Positions 20,958-30,312 of a stretch of 64,000 bases of DNA are shown in pieces (within the stretch, counting starts at the first letter, position 1; each line of letters starts with the position of its first letter). Both the position numbers and the translations under genes were made by a program. The notes below the pieces were generated by a model that did not search any database, was not told where the DNA came from, and was given only the letters and a program-made list of their open reading frames with translations. The stretch comes from Candidatus Bathyarchaeota archaeon (GTDB taxonomy: Archaea > Thermoproteota > Bathyarchaeia > Bathyarchaeales > Bathycorpusculaceae), in contig CAVYHV010000030.1 of assembly GCA_963768425.1 (NCBI GenBank), forward strand, positions 81,902-145,901, given 5' to 3'.

Positions 20958-22001
20958 ATGTCTTACAAGAAAAAGAAAACTCGGTTCTTCAAAGACAACC
21001 AAAAACGAACTCGCATAATACCAGGGTGCGGTGACCAAAGAGCATCATTGTATGTTGATTCAAGCCACAGCGCAGCTTCAACTTTACATGAGCAAAGACT
21101 TGGTCAGCGCATAAGAGCAGAGCACATTCCATTGCAGAAAGTTAATGCTACTAAAGATGGCGTTGCAGTTGTTGTTCCTGAGCGTGAAGTTGACTTGAAG
21201 CTGATTACTGCTAAGACAGATGACGTCGTTATTCCACTTAATGACCATGAGACGCAAGCACAATTAGATGAGCGTGCTCAAGTGTTTGTGGAAGCATATC
21301 ACAGAGGCGAAGTTATCCCTCCAGTTCTTCTTCACAGATTACCAAATGGCAAATTAGAAGTAGTTGATGGACGCAGTCGTGCGCGTGCATACCAATTGTT
21401 GGGTGTCAAAGAGTACGCAGCAAATGAGAATGGAATATTAGATGCATTTAACAATTCTCGCTTTGGCACAAGTCACAGCGCAAATTCAATTGCAAGCAAA
21501 GCAAGCAAAATAAATGCAGCAGGGCAGAAAGCGCTAAATGTTGGTGCATTCCACGTCGGACGACAACTTGGCAAATCTCAAACAATAGTAAAAGCAAACA
21601 CTGCAGTACATCATAAAATTGGTGCAATAAAAAGCAAAGTTAACAACAAAATTGATCCGCACACAATTAAAACCAATATAGAAGAGCGAACGAAAGCAGC
21701 AAAAGAGCGCACTCGAATAGCAAATGAAAGAATTGCAAAAGCTGAGAACGCTGAGCAAGACGCAAAACTATTCAATGACTCACGTACAGCTTCTATGAAT
21801 GCAAGAGCAGCAAGTAAGGAGCGACTTGATAATTTAGCTAAAGCACGCAAAGCTAAACTTGACAAAGCAGCTAACAGCGTACACATCTCAGCAAATCCTG
21901 AGTTCACCAAAGCAAAAACGTACGCAGTGAAAGCAAAGAGTTATGCTGATAGTTCTAACTCGAGAAGAGACTCAGCAAGGCAGTCACATAGAAGACGTTG
22001 A
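20958..22001 (+). CDS. ParB/Srx-domain protein with long Lys/Ala/Arg-rich tail
   Basis: IPPVLLHRLPNGKLEVVDGRSRARA fits the ParB GxxRxxA motif. Confidence 0.7.
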   Translation: MSYKKKKTRFFKDNQKRTRIIPGCGDQRASLYVDSSHSAASTLHEQRLGQRIRAEHIPLQKVNATKDGVAVVVPEREVDLKLITAKTDDVVIPLNDHETQAQLDERAQVFVEAYHRGEVIPPVLLHRLPNGKLEVVDGRSRARAYQLLGVKEYAANENGILDAFNNSRFGTSHSANSIASKASKINAAGQKALNVGAFHVGRQLGKSQTIVKANTAVHHKIGAIKSKVNNKIDPHTIKTNIEERTKAAKERTRIANERIAKAENAEQDAKLFNDSRTASMNARAASKERLDNLAKARKAKLDKAANSVHISANPEFTKAKTYAVKAKSYADSSNSRRDSARQSHRRR

Positions 22002-22033
22002 CCTTTTCAATGCTCAATGGGAGTGCACTTTAA

Positions 22034-22396
22034 TTGGGCAAAGAAATAAGCAGAACAATAAACTTTTTCAGATATCCCAATCGTCAGCAGCAATTTGATT
22101 ACGTCCAACCTCAGCCAATTGCTCAAAGAGAAACAATTGTACGAAGAGACAGCAGCAACTTGGACATTCACAATGAAAGAATTAGACTGCGTCAACTTAA
22201 AGAGAAAAAGACACATCACATGATAGAAATCTACGCATACTTACGACATCAAGGATTCTCAGCAATTGCATCTACACACAAATTGATTCAACTTTTCAAA
22301 GATACTTCTCTTGCAATTGAAATCTCTAACAAATTTGAAGCTGCAATTAGCAAGATGTCAACGTCAATTGCAGTTGCACAATTGGAGAAGAAATGA
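22034..22396 (+). CDS. hypothetical protein
   Basis: 120-aa ORF co-oriented with neighbours. Confidence 0.5.
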   Translation: MGKEISRTINFFRYPNRQQQFDYVQPQPIAQRETIVRRDSSNLDIHNERIRLRQLKEKKTHHMIEIYAYLRHQGFSAIASTHKLIQLFKDTSLAIEISNKFEAAISKMSTSIAVAQLEKK

Positions 22397-22587
22397 CTAA
22401 CATTCCATTCATTTCTACGTTAATGATTTCTACTCTATCTACCCCATTGTAGACTATGCAAATATGTTACTATCACTTGTATGGTCAATTGTTAGATTCG
22501 CATGCTGCAAAGAGCGTGTCTTTGCAACCCTGGATACGTATATATTCATTACAGTTATCTTAAATCTTAAGACAGAAGGACAACAAA

Positions 22588-23019
22588 TTGAAAAAAGATG
22601 ATGGTACAATTGCAGAAGTTGGCAACAATTACATTATGCTAAATGATTCTAGAGATAGCATAATAATTTTCTTTTGCATGACTGGAGTAAGTGCAACTGT
22701 AGATGAAGAAGAATTCAAGAATCTTGCAGACATATTTGCATCTGCGAAGAAGCTTTTAGATGACGACAGAATTTCAGTTGCAAAAATAATTGCGTGCAGA
22801 GAAGAACAAACTGAGCAATGCTTTAGCAATTTGCACTTTGATAAAGGAACATGCAGAGAAACACCGTGTAGTCCAGACATGTTTTGCAAACTCTTTATTG
22901 ATGACTGTTCTATGACGTTTGACATAGCATTTGAAGACTTAGACGACATCATCAAGCTGTTTGCAATTGCAATGAAAGCACTCAACAAGAAAGAAGAGTC
23001 AAACATTGCAGTCTCGTGA
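22588..23019 (+). CDS. acidic hypothetical protein
   Basis: Follows the duplicated promoter motif. Confidence 0.6.
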   Translation: MKKDDGTIAEVGNNYIMLNDSRDSIIIFFCMTGVSATVDEEEFKNLADIFASAKKLLDDDRISVAKIIACREEQTEQCFSNLHFDKGTCRETPCSPDMFCKLFIDDCSMTFDIAFEDLDDIIKLFAIAMKALNKKEESNIAVS

Positions 23020-23024
23020 GGTGA

Positions 23025-23288
23025 ATGCAATTGAAAGTAGAAGCATTTTGTAATTACTTGAGAAATAAAATGGCTGCTGACGCTGCAGTGTATGCATTTA
23101 TGAATGGATTGTCTAAAGCAGAAGTTGATGCTGCAATTGCAAGTAAAAGTGATGATGATGTATTAAATGCTTACAGACATTCTAAGTACGATGGACACGA
23201 ATACATTAGCAAAAGTGAGCTTGAAACTTTAATTAAGAAGTCAGCAAGCTATGAGCAAATTGAAGACGCTACTGGCAAAATGGTGTAA
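23025..23288 (+). CDS. hypothetical protein
   Basis: GAGGTGA RBS directly upstream. Confidence 0.65.
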   Translation: MQLKVEAFCNYLRNKMAADAAVYAFMNGLSKAEVDAAIASKSDDDVLNAYRHSKYDGHEYISKSELETLIKKSASYEQIEDATGKMV

Positions 23289-24039
23289 TTGCATGACTAC
23301 GTATATGCTCTTTGCGACTACGGAAACGAATATATGGAAAAACTTACTCTATAGCTAATTGCTCACTTCGTCTAACTTTCAAAAAAACTGCTTAGGAAAT
23401 GTTTGTCAATTTCTCCAATTGCAATTGGAGAAGGTGACTGAGACTACATGTCTTCGCATCTTCTACAAAGTCTTAGAGCCATGACGACTCTTACGCCATA
23501 GTTCGTTATTCCTTTGTAGATAAGTTTAGTTGGCTTTTCAAGTCCGCAATTGTTGCAATGAGTTCCATTGCAATCGTCATACCAACCTGCTAATGCTCCA
23601 GATGGAAGAATGTTTGAACGATTTGACAATTGTTGTTTAGACATTTTGATTGCCTTCTTTTTGCTTTGGGAATGTTTGACGTTTTTGAGAATCTTTCACC
23701 AGAAATTGTTTCGTTTTCTTCTGGGTTACGCCCTACTTCAGGATGTTACTGTAGAAAGAAAAGCCAGTCCTTGTCCTTAGCTTACTGGGGATGGGTGAGC
23801 CAAGATTGTCCAGAGAAGAGGTCTTGGCTTCTGGGTTTGAGGTTTTGAGTTTTTGATTCTTTAGCTTCACCTGTCGGTGTTTGACAAGCATAGATAGATC
23901 ACACGCCTATTGAACAGATGCCATTGAGCGTGTAATATTGACTACTGTAAGACACACATACAGAAGAATTATTGCAATTGTAACATTCACTTACACAAAA
24001 CTTAGAATCTGATAACTCAAAAACCCAATGGAATGTTTG

Positions 24040-24939
24040 TCATTTTCGCTTGCGAAAAAGTTTCTCACCATTAAAGTCTACGACAAACTCAAAACCTGAC
24101 TCAACCAATTTCTGAGCTTCAACAATTGTATGTGCAATTGCAGAAGAATACTCATCACTTTCAAAGTTAATCATTTGAATGTAAATTAGAGTGTTGTTGA
24201 TTGACTTGTGCCCAAGCAGTCTCATGACGTGAAGAATATCTTTCGTCTTATGATACTCAATTGTAGCTCGCCAATGTCTGAGACTGTGATAATGAATTTG
24301 TGCAAGTCTTGGATTACCTAACGCAATTGCTGCTGCACGCTTTTGATGATTGAAGTTGCATATGACTGATTGACCGCTACCCGTACCAAAAACATATTTG
24401 TTATCTTTCTTCAATTGCATCAGCATAGCACACAACTTCTCAGATATTTTGAATTGACGTGCGTTGCTGTGCTTCTCAGGATTATTGAGCAAAACTATTC
24501 TGCTCTCGAAGTCTATGTCAGTCCATTGGAGAGAAAGAGCTTCTCCGATACGCATAGCTGTCTCTTTCAACAATTGCAGAATCGTAGAAGTTTTCTTTCC
24601 ACAATACGCAATTAGCTGGTCTATTTCTGATTCTAATGGAATGAATGGAAGCTTATGTGTAGCTCGATACTTAGGTGGATTCCATTCTATGTTATTCATT
24701 GTTGCGTATTTTCTGTACGCTGCTACAACTGTTACTTTAGTCGCTGAACTCCATGTTGATTGCAATGCAATTGCAGATTTCACTGACTCTCCATCGCAGA
24801 GTTTTGCGCCTGATTTCACTAACATTTCTAAGAACTTAGAGTAGTTAGTTATCGTTCTGCTGCTATACCCATTCCTTTGCAATTGGAGAGAGAACTGCAA
24901 CAGGCTGCTTGTCTGTAGATTTGAGTACGCCTTTTCCAT
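24040..24939 (-). CDS. tyrosine recombinase/integrase 1
   Basis: MRIGE, PEKHS, HSLRH, LLGH, TLIY catalytic residues; C-terminal FRKRK tail. Confidence 0.95.
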   Translation of the reverse strand: MEKAYSNLQTSSLLQFSLQLQRNGYSSRTITNYSKFLEMLVKSGAKLCDGESVKSAIALQSTWSSATKVTVVAAYRKYATMNNIEWNPPKYRATHKLPFIPLESEIDQLIAYCGKKTSTILQLLKETAMRIGEALSLQWTDIDFESRIVLLNNPEKHSNARQFKISEKLCAMLMQLKKDNKYVFGTGSGQSVICNFNHQKRAAAIALGNPRLAQIHYHSLRHWRATIEYHKTKDILHVMRLLGHKSINNTLIYIQMINFESDEYSSAIAHTIVEAQKLVESGFEFVVDFNGEKLFRKRK

Positions 24940-25041
24940 ACAATTTAATTGAGCATGTATTCCTTTTAAGACGTTCTACTTGTGCATGTGAATCAATTGC
25001 AACAAAATATAAGATAAAATTGGATTGTATGTATTTTAAAT

Positions 25042-25073
25042 CTTTAACTATCCCTATTCGAGCATAGTTAAAG
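25042..25073. other. 32-bp dyad recombination-like site 1
   Basis: CTTTAACTAT-CCCTATTCGAGC-ATAGTTAAAG; perfect 10-bp arms, ~100 bp upstream of integrase 1. Confidence 0.85.
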
Positions 25074-25172
25074 AAACTCCTCCTATAATCACCCAAGGAA
25101 AAATCAATCAAAGAACTACAGGTTGCAATCTAGTGGCAAATCATATTAGGAATTTTTTATAAATAGCAGGTT

Positions 25173-25508
25173 ATGACTCTCCTGAGTAGTCCAACAGCAA
25201 CTCCGTTTGACAATATGCAACAACAAGTTCTTATCTCACAATATTTGACATTTGCCCTAGTCTTAGGCATAGCTGTTCTGCTTGCTGTGTCAAATCTCTA
25301 TTTTTACGCACCAAGATATAGGAAATGGGTCGGGATAGCAGGTATTTCTCTTGGAGCAATGGGAAGCGCTATCTGCATTGGAGTTATACTTCTTACCGTT
25401 TCAAACAATGGTGCGGATCTTGGATTAGGTGTCATTACCCTTTTTGTCATTGAAATTCCAGTTATGTGCGTTGGAGTCTTATCTGTAAAGAACAGGAAAA
25501 AGACATAA
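25173..25508 (+). CDS. three-TM membrane protein (cassette-like)
   Basis: Flanked by the exact direct repeat TATTCGAGCATAGTTAAAG at 25055 and 25521. Confidence 0.75.
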   Translation: MTLLSSPTATPFDNMQQQVLISQYLTFALVLGIAVLLAVSNLYFYAPRYRKWVGIAGISLGAMGSAICIGVILLTVSNNGADLGLGVITLFVIEIPVMCVGVLSVKNRKKT

Positions 25509-25520
25509 TCAGACGGAAGT

Positions 25521-25539
25521 TATTCGAGCATAGTTAAAG
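25521..25539 (+). repeat. half copy of the dyad site (part of spacer plus right arm)
   Basis: TATTCGAGCATAGTTAAAG, 12 bp after the stop of 25173..25508; no left arm. Confidence 0.85.
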
Positions 25540-25584
25540 TAAGCCTTCATATGTAAAGCAGAGAAGCAATTGAAAGAAGAATTC

Positions 25585-25641
25585 GGTCAAGAAACTTTGA
25601 CTAAATTCAGTCAAGGAATTTTTACGAATAGCCTTTTATCG
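25585..25641 (+). repeat. AGTCAA triple-box plus TATA module, copy 1
   Basis: GGTCAA-GAAACT-TTGACT-AAATTC-AGTCAA...GCCTTTTATCG. Confidence 0.85.
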
Positions 25642-25663
25642 ATAACCATTCGTACTGATTATT

Positions 25664-26884
25664 ATGGGCTTTAAGAAAACTTCCGCTTTGGTGCTTATTG
25701 GGTTATTTCTGATCTCTATTGTCAGCTTTCAATCTGCAATTGTGAAAGCTCAAGCCAGAACGCTCATTGTTCCAGACCAGTACCCAACTATTCAAGATGC
25801 TATAGGCAATGCAAGTTCAGGAGATACAGTGTACGTCAAAGATGGAACATACAATACAGGGTTTAATATTGATAAATCATTATCGTTAGTTGGAGAAGAC
25901 CCAGAAAAGACTATCATTCGTGGAATCGAACGATACCCATATTGGCAATATCCAACAATTCAGGTATCTGACGAAAATGTCAGTATTTCAGGCTTTACAA
26001 TAACAAACTCCTGGGAAGCCATCGACATCTACAACGTTAATGACGCTTATTCAATTAGTATTACTGGTAACAACATTGTAAAAAATTTGTCTGGAATCGG
26101 AGCAGGGGGCGTGAATTTAGTTATCTTTGGGAATAACATAACTGATAACTCGAAAGGCGGGATAAGTTTTGACGGTCAAAACAGCATCATTTCTAATAAC
26201 TACATTTACCAAAACTCATTTGGAATATACACGTCTGAGATTAAGAATGTGACCATCCAAGACAATACTATTTCAGATAACGGAGGAAACTCGAATTCGG
26301 AGCAATTTGGTGGACTGGATCTTCAGAGTTTTGCTTCCATCTTTGTTCATGGAAATAATATCGAAAATAACGTTGGGGATGGTATCTTGCTTGAGGGCAA
26401 CATCAAAGCTTCAATCCACAATAACAATATAACGAACAACACTGTGGGCATAAAACTTGATAATTATCTTCTCGGAGGTATCTTCCATAGTGTGGGCACA
26501 GGCAATGAGATTTACAACAACAACCTGATCGACAATATCAAGAACGCTTTAGTAGTGCATACAGACGAAAATGATGCCACATGGAATGGATACATAGGGA
26601 ATGGAACAGATGTTGTTTCATGGGATAGCGGTAAGGTTGGCAATTACTGGAGTGATTACAGCGGTCAAGGAACTTATGTTATTGACCAAAACAATACTGA
26701 CGAGCATCCGCTAAGTCAACAAGTTCACATTTCTACAATAACACCTACAATACCTAATTTGCTTTCCATACTAAACGGTGCAATTATCGTGGTTATTGTA
26801 GTTGCATTAACTGCCATTGTCGCATTATTACTTTACAGAAGGCATCGAAAGACCACTAACTCCAGACAATTGACACCTCACTAA
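25664..26884 (+). CDS. NosD/right-handed beta-helix surface protein with C-terminal TM anchor
   Basis: VPDQYPTIQDAI, repeated I.GNNI, GNYWSDY, TM plus RRHRK. Confidence 0.9.
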   Translation: MGFKKTSALVLIGLFLISIVSFQSAIVKAQARTLIVPDQYPTIQDAIGNASSGDTVYVKDGTYNTGFNIDKSLSLVGEDPEKTIIRGIERYPYWQYPTIQVSDENVSISGFTITNSWEAIDIYNVNDAYSISITGNNIVKNLSGIGAGGVNLVIFGNNITDNSKGGISFDGQNSIISNNYIYQNSFGIYTSEIKNVTIQDNTISDNGGNSNSEQFGGLDLQSFASIFVHGNNIENNVGDGILLEGNIKASIHNNNITNNTVGIKLDNYLLGGIFHSVGTGNEIYNNNLIDNIKNALVVHTDENDATWNGYIGNGTDVVSWDSGKVGNYWSDYSGQGTYVIDQNNTDEHPLSQQVHISTITPTIPNLLSILNGAIIVVIVVALTAIVALLLYRRHRKTTNSRQLTPH

Positions 26885-27289
26885 TTGAAATCGTAGTTGA
26901 ATGTTTGATGATTTTCACTATGATTTAGACCTTTGAGATGATTGAGGTAACTTAGACCCATGTCTTGAGACTAGTCATAAAGTATACCCCAACGATTGAC
27001 TATGAAGAAATAACTTGTTAATTATTTTAACATTCCAATAACAAAAGAGACTTAGAGAATAATAGATATTTAGTCACAACTTGGAATGTTGAAAGGTCTT
27101 GAAATACTGTGTTTAACATGACCCATGTTGATTAAAATGCATTCTTTTCCATTGAAAAAAGAATTTTTGAACGCTTCTCTCAAAGACTTTCATATGATAA
27201 ATTATAATTAGCTGTGTAGTGTGAGCGAAGGACTGTGTCATTTAGAATTATTCTTCCCAAACCAAAGAGAGCCTGATTGACTCAACAAC

Positions 27290-28120
27290 TTGTTGCTAGA
27301 CCCTTATCAGATTACCGTCAACAGTGTAGATAGGACTACTACCCTGACTGATATTTCCAGAAATCTAAATCCTAGCAGACACCATACTAATTTAAAAACC
27401 AAAAGGGCAGATATTGAAACTCCAAAGAGGGGGGTTGACCCTCAAAGGAGTTGGACAATAATAGTTAGACAATACAATGAATATAAAACCTATCAATTCT
27501 GCAGCAATGCAGTTTATGACAATTGGTGCATGGGTTTCATTGACTATAAAGAGCTGAAAGAAGAATTTGTAAAGTTTCCTCTTCCGGATGTCCCACAAAG
27601 ATATAACAAAATGGTGGAGCTAGCTACCCTGTTCTTCCTTCCAGTCATCATAAGAGAGTTGCTAGAACCTTTTTATGAGAAGATTGAAGTCTCTTGTAAC
27701 TACTTTCCATCCACAGGTCCGGACATAATTGTTTTTTCAAAGGATAGTCTCTTGTTAAAGATGGAGGTATTGAATTGGTGGATACAGTCATATCTTTCAG
27801 AGGGAAGGGCCTCAGGCATAAAAGACAATCTCAAGGGAGCACGCTACAAGGTCTTGTATGTAACATCCGACAAAAACTTAACAACATGGACTATGAATAG
27901 TAAACTCCTTTCAGGTCTCAAGAAAGCGCTCAAAGGAGTTAATATTTACTACTCACGTTACCAAATACTTCCAATTACTTATTTTGACTATCTTTTCAAG
28001 ATTGATTACAGATTTGCTAAGGATAGAGCAATCTTCAATGAGAAAACCATCAAACACCAAAAGATTCGATTAAAGAGGTTCTTTGAGCAAATAGGGATTA
28101 TTCCTCTTGTAAAGAGATAA
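27290..28120 (+). CDS. hypothetical protein, possible PD-(D/E)xK-fold nuclease
   Basis: GPDIIV...MEVLNW (Lys position replaced); start uncertain. Confidence 0.5.
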   Translation: MLLDPYQITVNSVDRTTTLTDISRNLNPSRHHTNLKTKRADIETPKRGVDPQRSWTIIVRQYNEYKTYQFCSNAVYDNWCMGFIDYKELKEEFVKFPLPDVPQRYNKMVELATLFFLPVIIRELLEPFYEKIEVSCNYFPSTGPDIIVFSKDSLLLKMEVLNWWIQSYLSEGRASGIKDNLKGARYKVLYVTSDKNLTTWTMNSKLLSGLKKALKGVNIYYSRYQILPITYFDYLFKIDYRFAKDRAIFNEKTIKHQKIRLKRFFEQIGIIPLVKR

Positions 28121-28397
28121 TAATAGAATAATGGCTAGACAGAGATTATCCTTGTTCTGCCTATTTCAATATTTGATTAACCCTTTCTAAAAGGAATTGT
28201 TCTCATTTGAAAATAAGAGGTTTCAATTCCGCCCTTTCCAAAAACAAGACACAATCCTCTTGTAAATATGGTATTATGTTTGATTATTTCTTTCTGTTCC
28301 CAATCTGGTTAATGGTTTCTGACTTTGTGATAGTGGGTGGTTTTATGTTGTTTGACCTATCTAAGAAACCTAAATTATTCAACTGTTTGATAGGTTA

Positions 28398-29300
28398 TCA
28401 TTTTCTCTTTCTAAAAATCTTGACTCCATCAAATTCTGTAACGTACTCGAATCCAATTTCAATCAACTTCTGAGCTTCCTCAACTGTTTTGGCAACTGAA
28501 GAGGTGTATTCATCACTCTGTTCGAACGCAACCAGATGTGTGTAGATGAGGGTGTTGTTGATGGATTTGTGTCCTAGGAGGTTCATGACATGAAGAATGT
28601 CTTTGGTTTTGTGGTATTCAGTGGTCGCCTTCCAATGTCTTAATGTGTGGAAGTGGATTTGAAGGAGATGAGGATTCGCTAACGCAACTGCTGCTTTCTT
28701 TCTCTGAAACCTGAAGTTACAAATTGTAGATTGTTTACTTCCTATTCCAAAAATAAACTTCTCATCTTTTTTTATTCTAAGTATCATGGAAGATAGTTTT
28801 TCAGATATCTTAAAACAACGAGCATTACTATGTTTCTCTGGTCTGTTGAGTAGGATTACTCCTCTTTCCAAGTTGATGTCTGTCCACTGTAAGTCTAACG
28901 CTTCTCCGATCCGCATTCCTGTTTCCTTTAGGAGTTGAAGAATTGTAGAAGTTTTCTTTCCACAGTAGGCAATCAGAGAATCAATTTCAGATTCAGTGGG
29001 AATGAAGGGTAACTTTGTTGTTCTCTGGTACTTGGGTCTAACCCATGATATGTTGTTCATTTCCGCATACTTAGCATAGGTGGCAACCACAGTCACCTTT
29101 GTGGATGGACTCCAATCCGATTTAAGAGAGATGACTCCTTTGACAGACTCAGGGTCACTCAAGTCAGCCCCATATCTTACTAACAATTCAAGGAACTTGG
29201 AGTAATTCAATATAGTTCTCTCAGAATAACCATCCTTCTTGAGTTTCCAAGAAAACTGAATTATTCCATCGTTCTCATGATTAGAGTATGTAAGTTCCAT
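28398..29300 (-). CDS. tyrosine recombinase/integrase 2, paralog of integrase 1
   Basis: MRIGE, PEKHS, HTLRH, LLGH, TLIY; colinear with 24040..24939. Confidence 0.95.
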   Translation of the reverse strand: MELTYSNHENDGIIQFSWKLKKDGYSERTILNYSKFLELLVRYGADLSDPESVKGVISLKSDWSPSTKVTVVATYAKYAEMNNISWVRPKYQRTTKLPFIPTESEIDSLIAYCGKKTSTILQLLKETGMRIGEALDLQWTDINLERGVILLNRPEKHSNARCFKISEKLSSMILRIKKDEKFIFGIGSKQSTICNFRFQRKKAAVALANPHLLQIHFHTLRHWKATTEYHKTKDILHVMNLLGHKSINNTLIYTHLVAFEQSDEYTSSVAKTVEEAQKLIEIGFEYVTEFDGVKIFRKRK

Positions 29301-29400
29301 AGTATTTTTAAGTAAGTTATTCCTTTTAAAATATTCTATATCTGCATGTCTTTCAAGTGATAAAAATATTAGTTAAAATTGGATTTTATTAGTTTTAAAT

Positions 29401-29432
29401 CTTTAACTATACCTATTCGAGCATAGTTAAAG
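29401..29432. other. 32-bp dyad recombination-like site 2
   Basis: CTTTAACTAT-ACCTATTCGAGC-ATAGTTAAAG; 31/32 identical to site 1. Confidence 0.85.
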
Positions 29433-29488
29433 AAACCCCTTCCGCAATCAACCAATGGAAAACAAAGAGACAATTGGAAAAAGAGTTC

Positions 29489-29546
29489 AGTTAAGAAAGT
29501 TTGACTTAGCTTAGTCAAGAAACCTGTACAAGAACGCTTTTATCGG
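29489..29546 (+). repeat. AGTCAA triple-box plus TATA module, copy 2
   Basis: AGTTAA-GAAAGT-TTGACT-TAGCTT-AGTCAA...GCTTTTATCG. Confidence 0.85.
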
Positions 29547-29568
29547 CAGACTAATTCCAAACGTTGTT

Positions 29569-30180
29569 ATGGGTAAGAAAAGATTAGTCATAACATCCTT
29601 GTTAGTGGCTCTACTCTTTGTAAGCGCAATTGCAGGAACGGTAGCTTATTATAATGACAAAATGGCGAACCTAAACAGCCAAGTATCTGAGTTAAAAGCA
29701 GTAATAGCGAATTTATCAACTCGCAACATGACGGCTTCATTGGGAATTGCTGAACTGTTAGGCAATGAAAGCACCTATATGGGTGGCTATGTTGCTACAC
29801 CAATTCCATATAATTACCTTTACATAACTGGTTCAATAAGAAACGTTGGAAACGCCACAGCATACAATGTTGGACTACACGTCATAGCTTTTGATGCGAC
29901 AGGCGCATTAGAAATAAACATGACAGTTCCATTGGATGGAATATTTGGAATCGATAACGCAACCAGAACTTTTGTTTTAGAACACTACGGCTATGGTAAT
30001 TATGACCCAGCGAATCATACCTACAGCAACCATTACAGCTCAAGATTGTGGGAGATTGTGGATGGAAACCAGACAGTTGATATTGGTGGTGCGCCTGACT
30101 ATTATGGTTCTCTAAGCATCATCAATGAAGGCATAGTTACCAATTGGACTGTAACACCTGTATGGACAGATGCGCCATGA
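29569..30180 (+). CDS. secreted/anchored hypothetical protein (short coiled coil plus beta-rich domain)
   Basis: Signal peptide; YITGSIRNVGNATAYNV. Confidence 0.8.
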   Translation: MGKKRLVITSLLVALLFVSAIAGTVAYYNDKMANLNSQVSELKAVIANLSTRNMTASLGIAELLGNESTYMGGYVATPIPYNYLYITGSIRNVGNATAYNVGLHVIAFDATGALEINMTVPLDGIFGIDNATRTFVLEHYGYGNYDPANHTYSNHYSSRLWEIVDGNQTVDIGGAPDYYGSLSIINEGIVTNWTVTPVWTDAP

Positions 30181-30217
30181 GTCAAGGAGCTTGCTTCTAT
30201 AGCTATGAATCGAAACA

Positions 30218-30275
30218 AGTCAAGAAACCTTGACTAAGCCCGGTCAAGAAATCAGTACAAGAGAGCTTAAATATA
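30218..30275 (+). repeat. AGTCAA triple-box plus TATA module, copy 3
   Basis: AGTCAA-GAAACC-TTGACT-AAGCCC-GGTCAA...GCTTAAATA. Confidence 0.85.
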
Positions 30276-30312
30276 AATGAAAAGTGCTGCAACAGCAAGA
30301 ACGATCAAAGCC

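Larger units (their letters stand above)
14131..25051. mobile_element. unit A: integrated virus/plasmid-like element
   Basis: Short orphan ORFs, Zn fingers, wHTH, ParB-like protein, terminal integrase, extreme CAATTG enrichment limited to this interval. Confidence 0.75.
25052..29410. mobile_element. unit B: small integrative element (cargo, nuclease-like gene, integrase 2)
   Basis: Bounded by the two dyad sites. Confidence 0.75.

Noticed and set aside
17510-24019. TCTGATAACTCA 12-bp direct repeat as sub-element ends
   Set aside because: Short and AT-rich, and the CAATTG signature continues across both copies.
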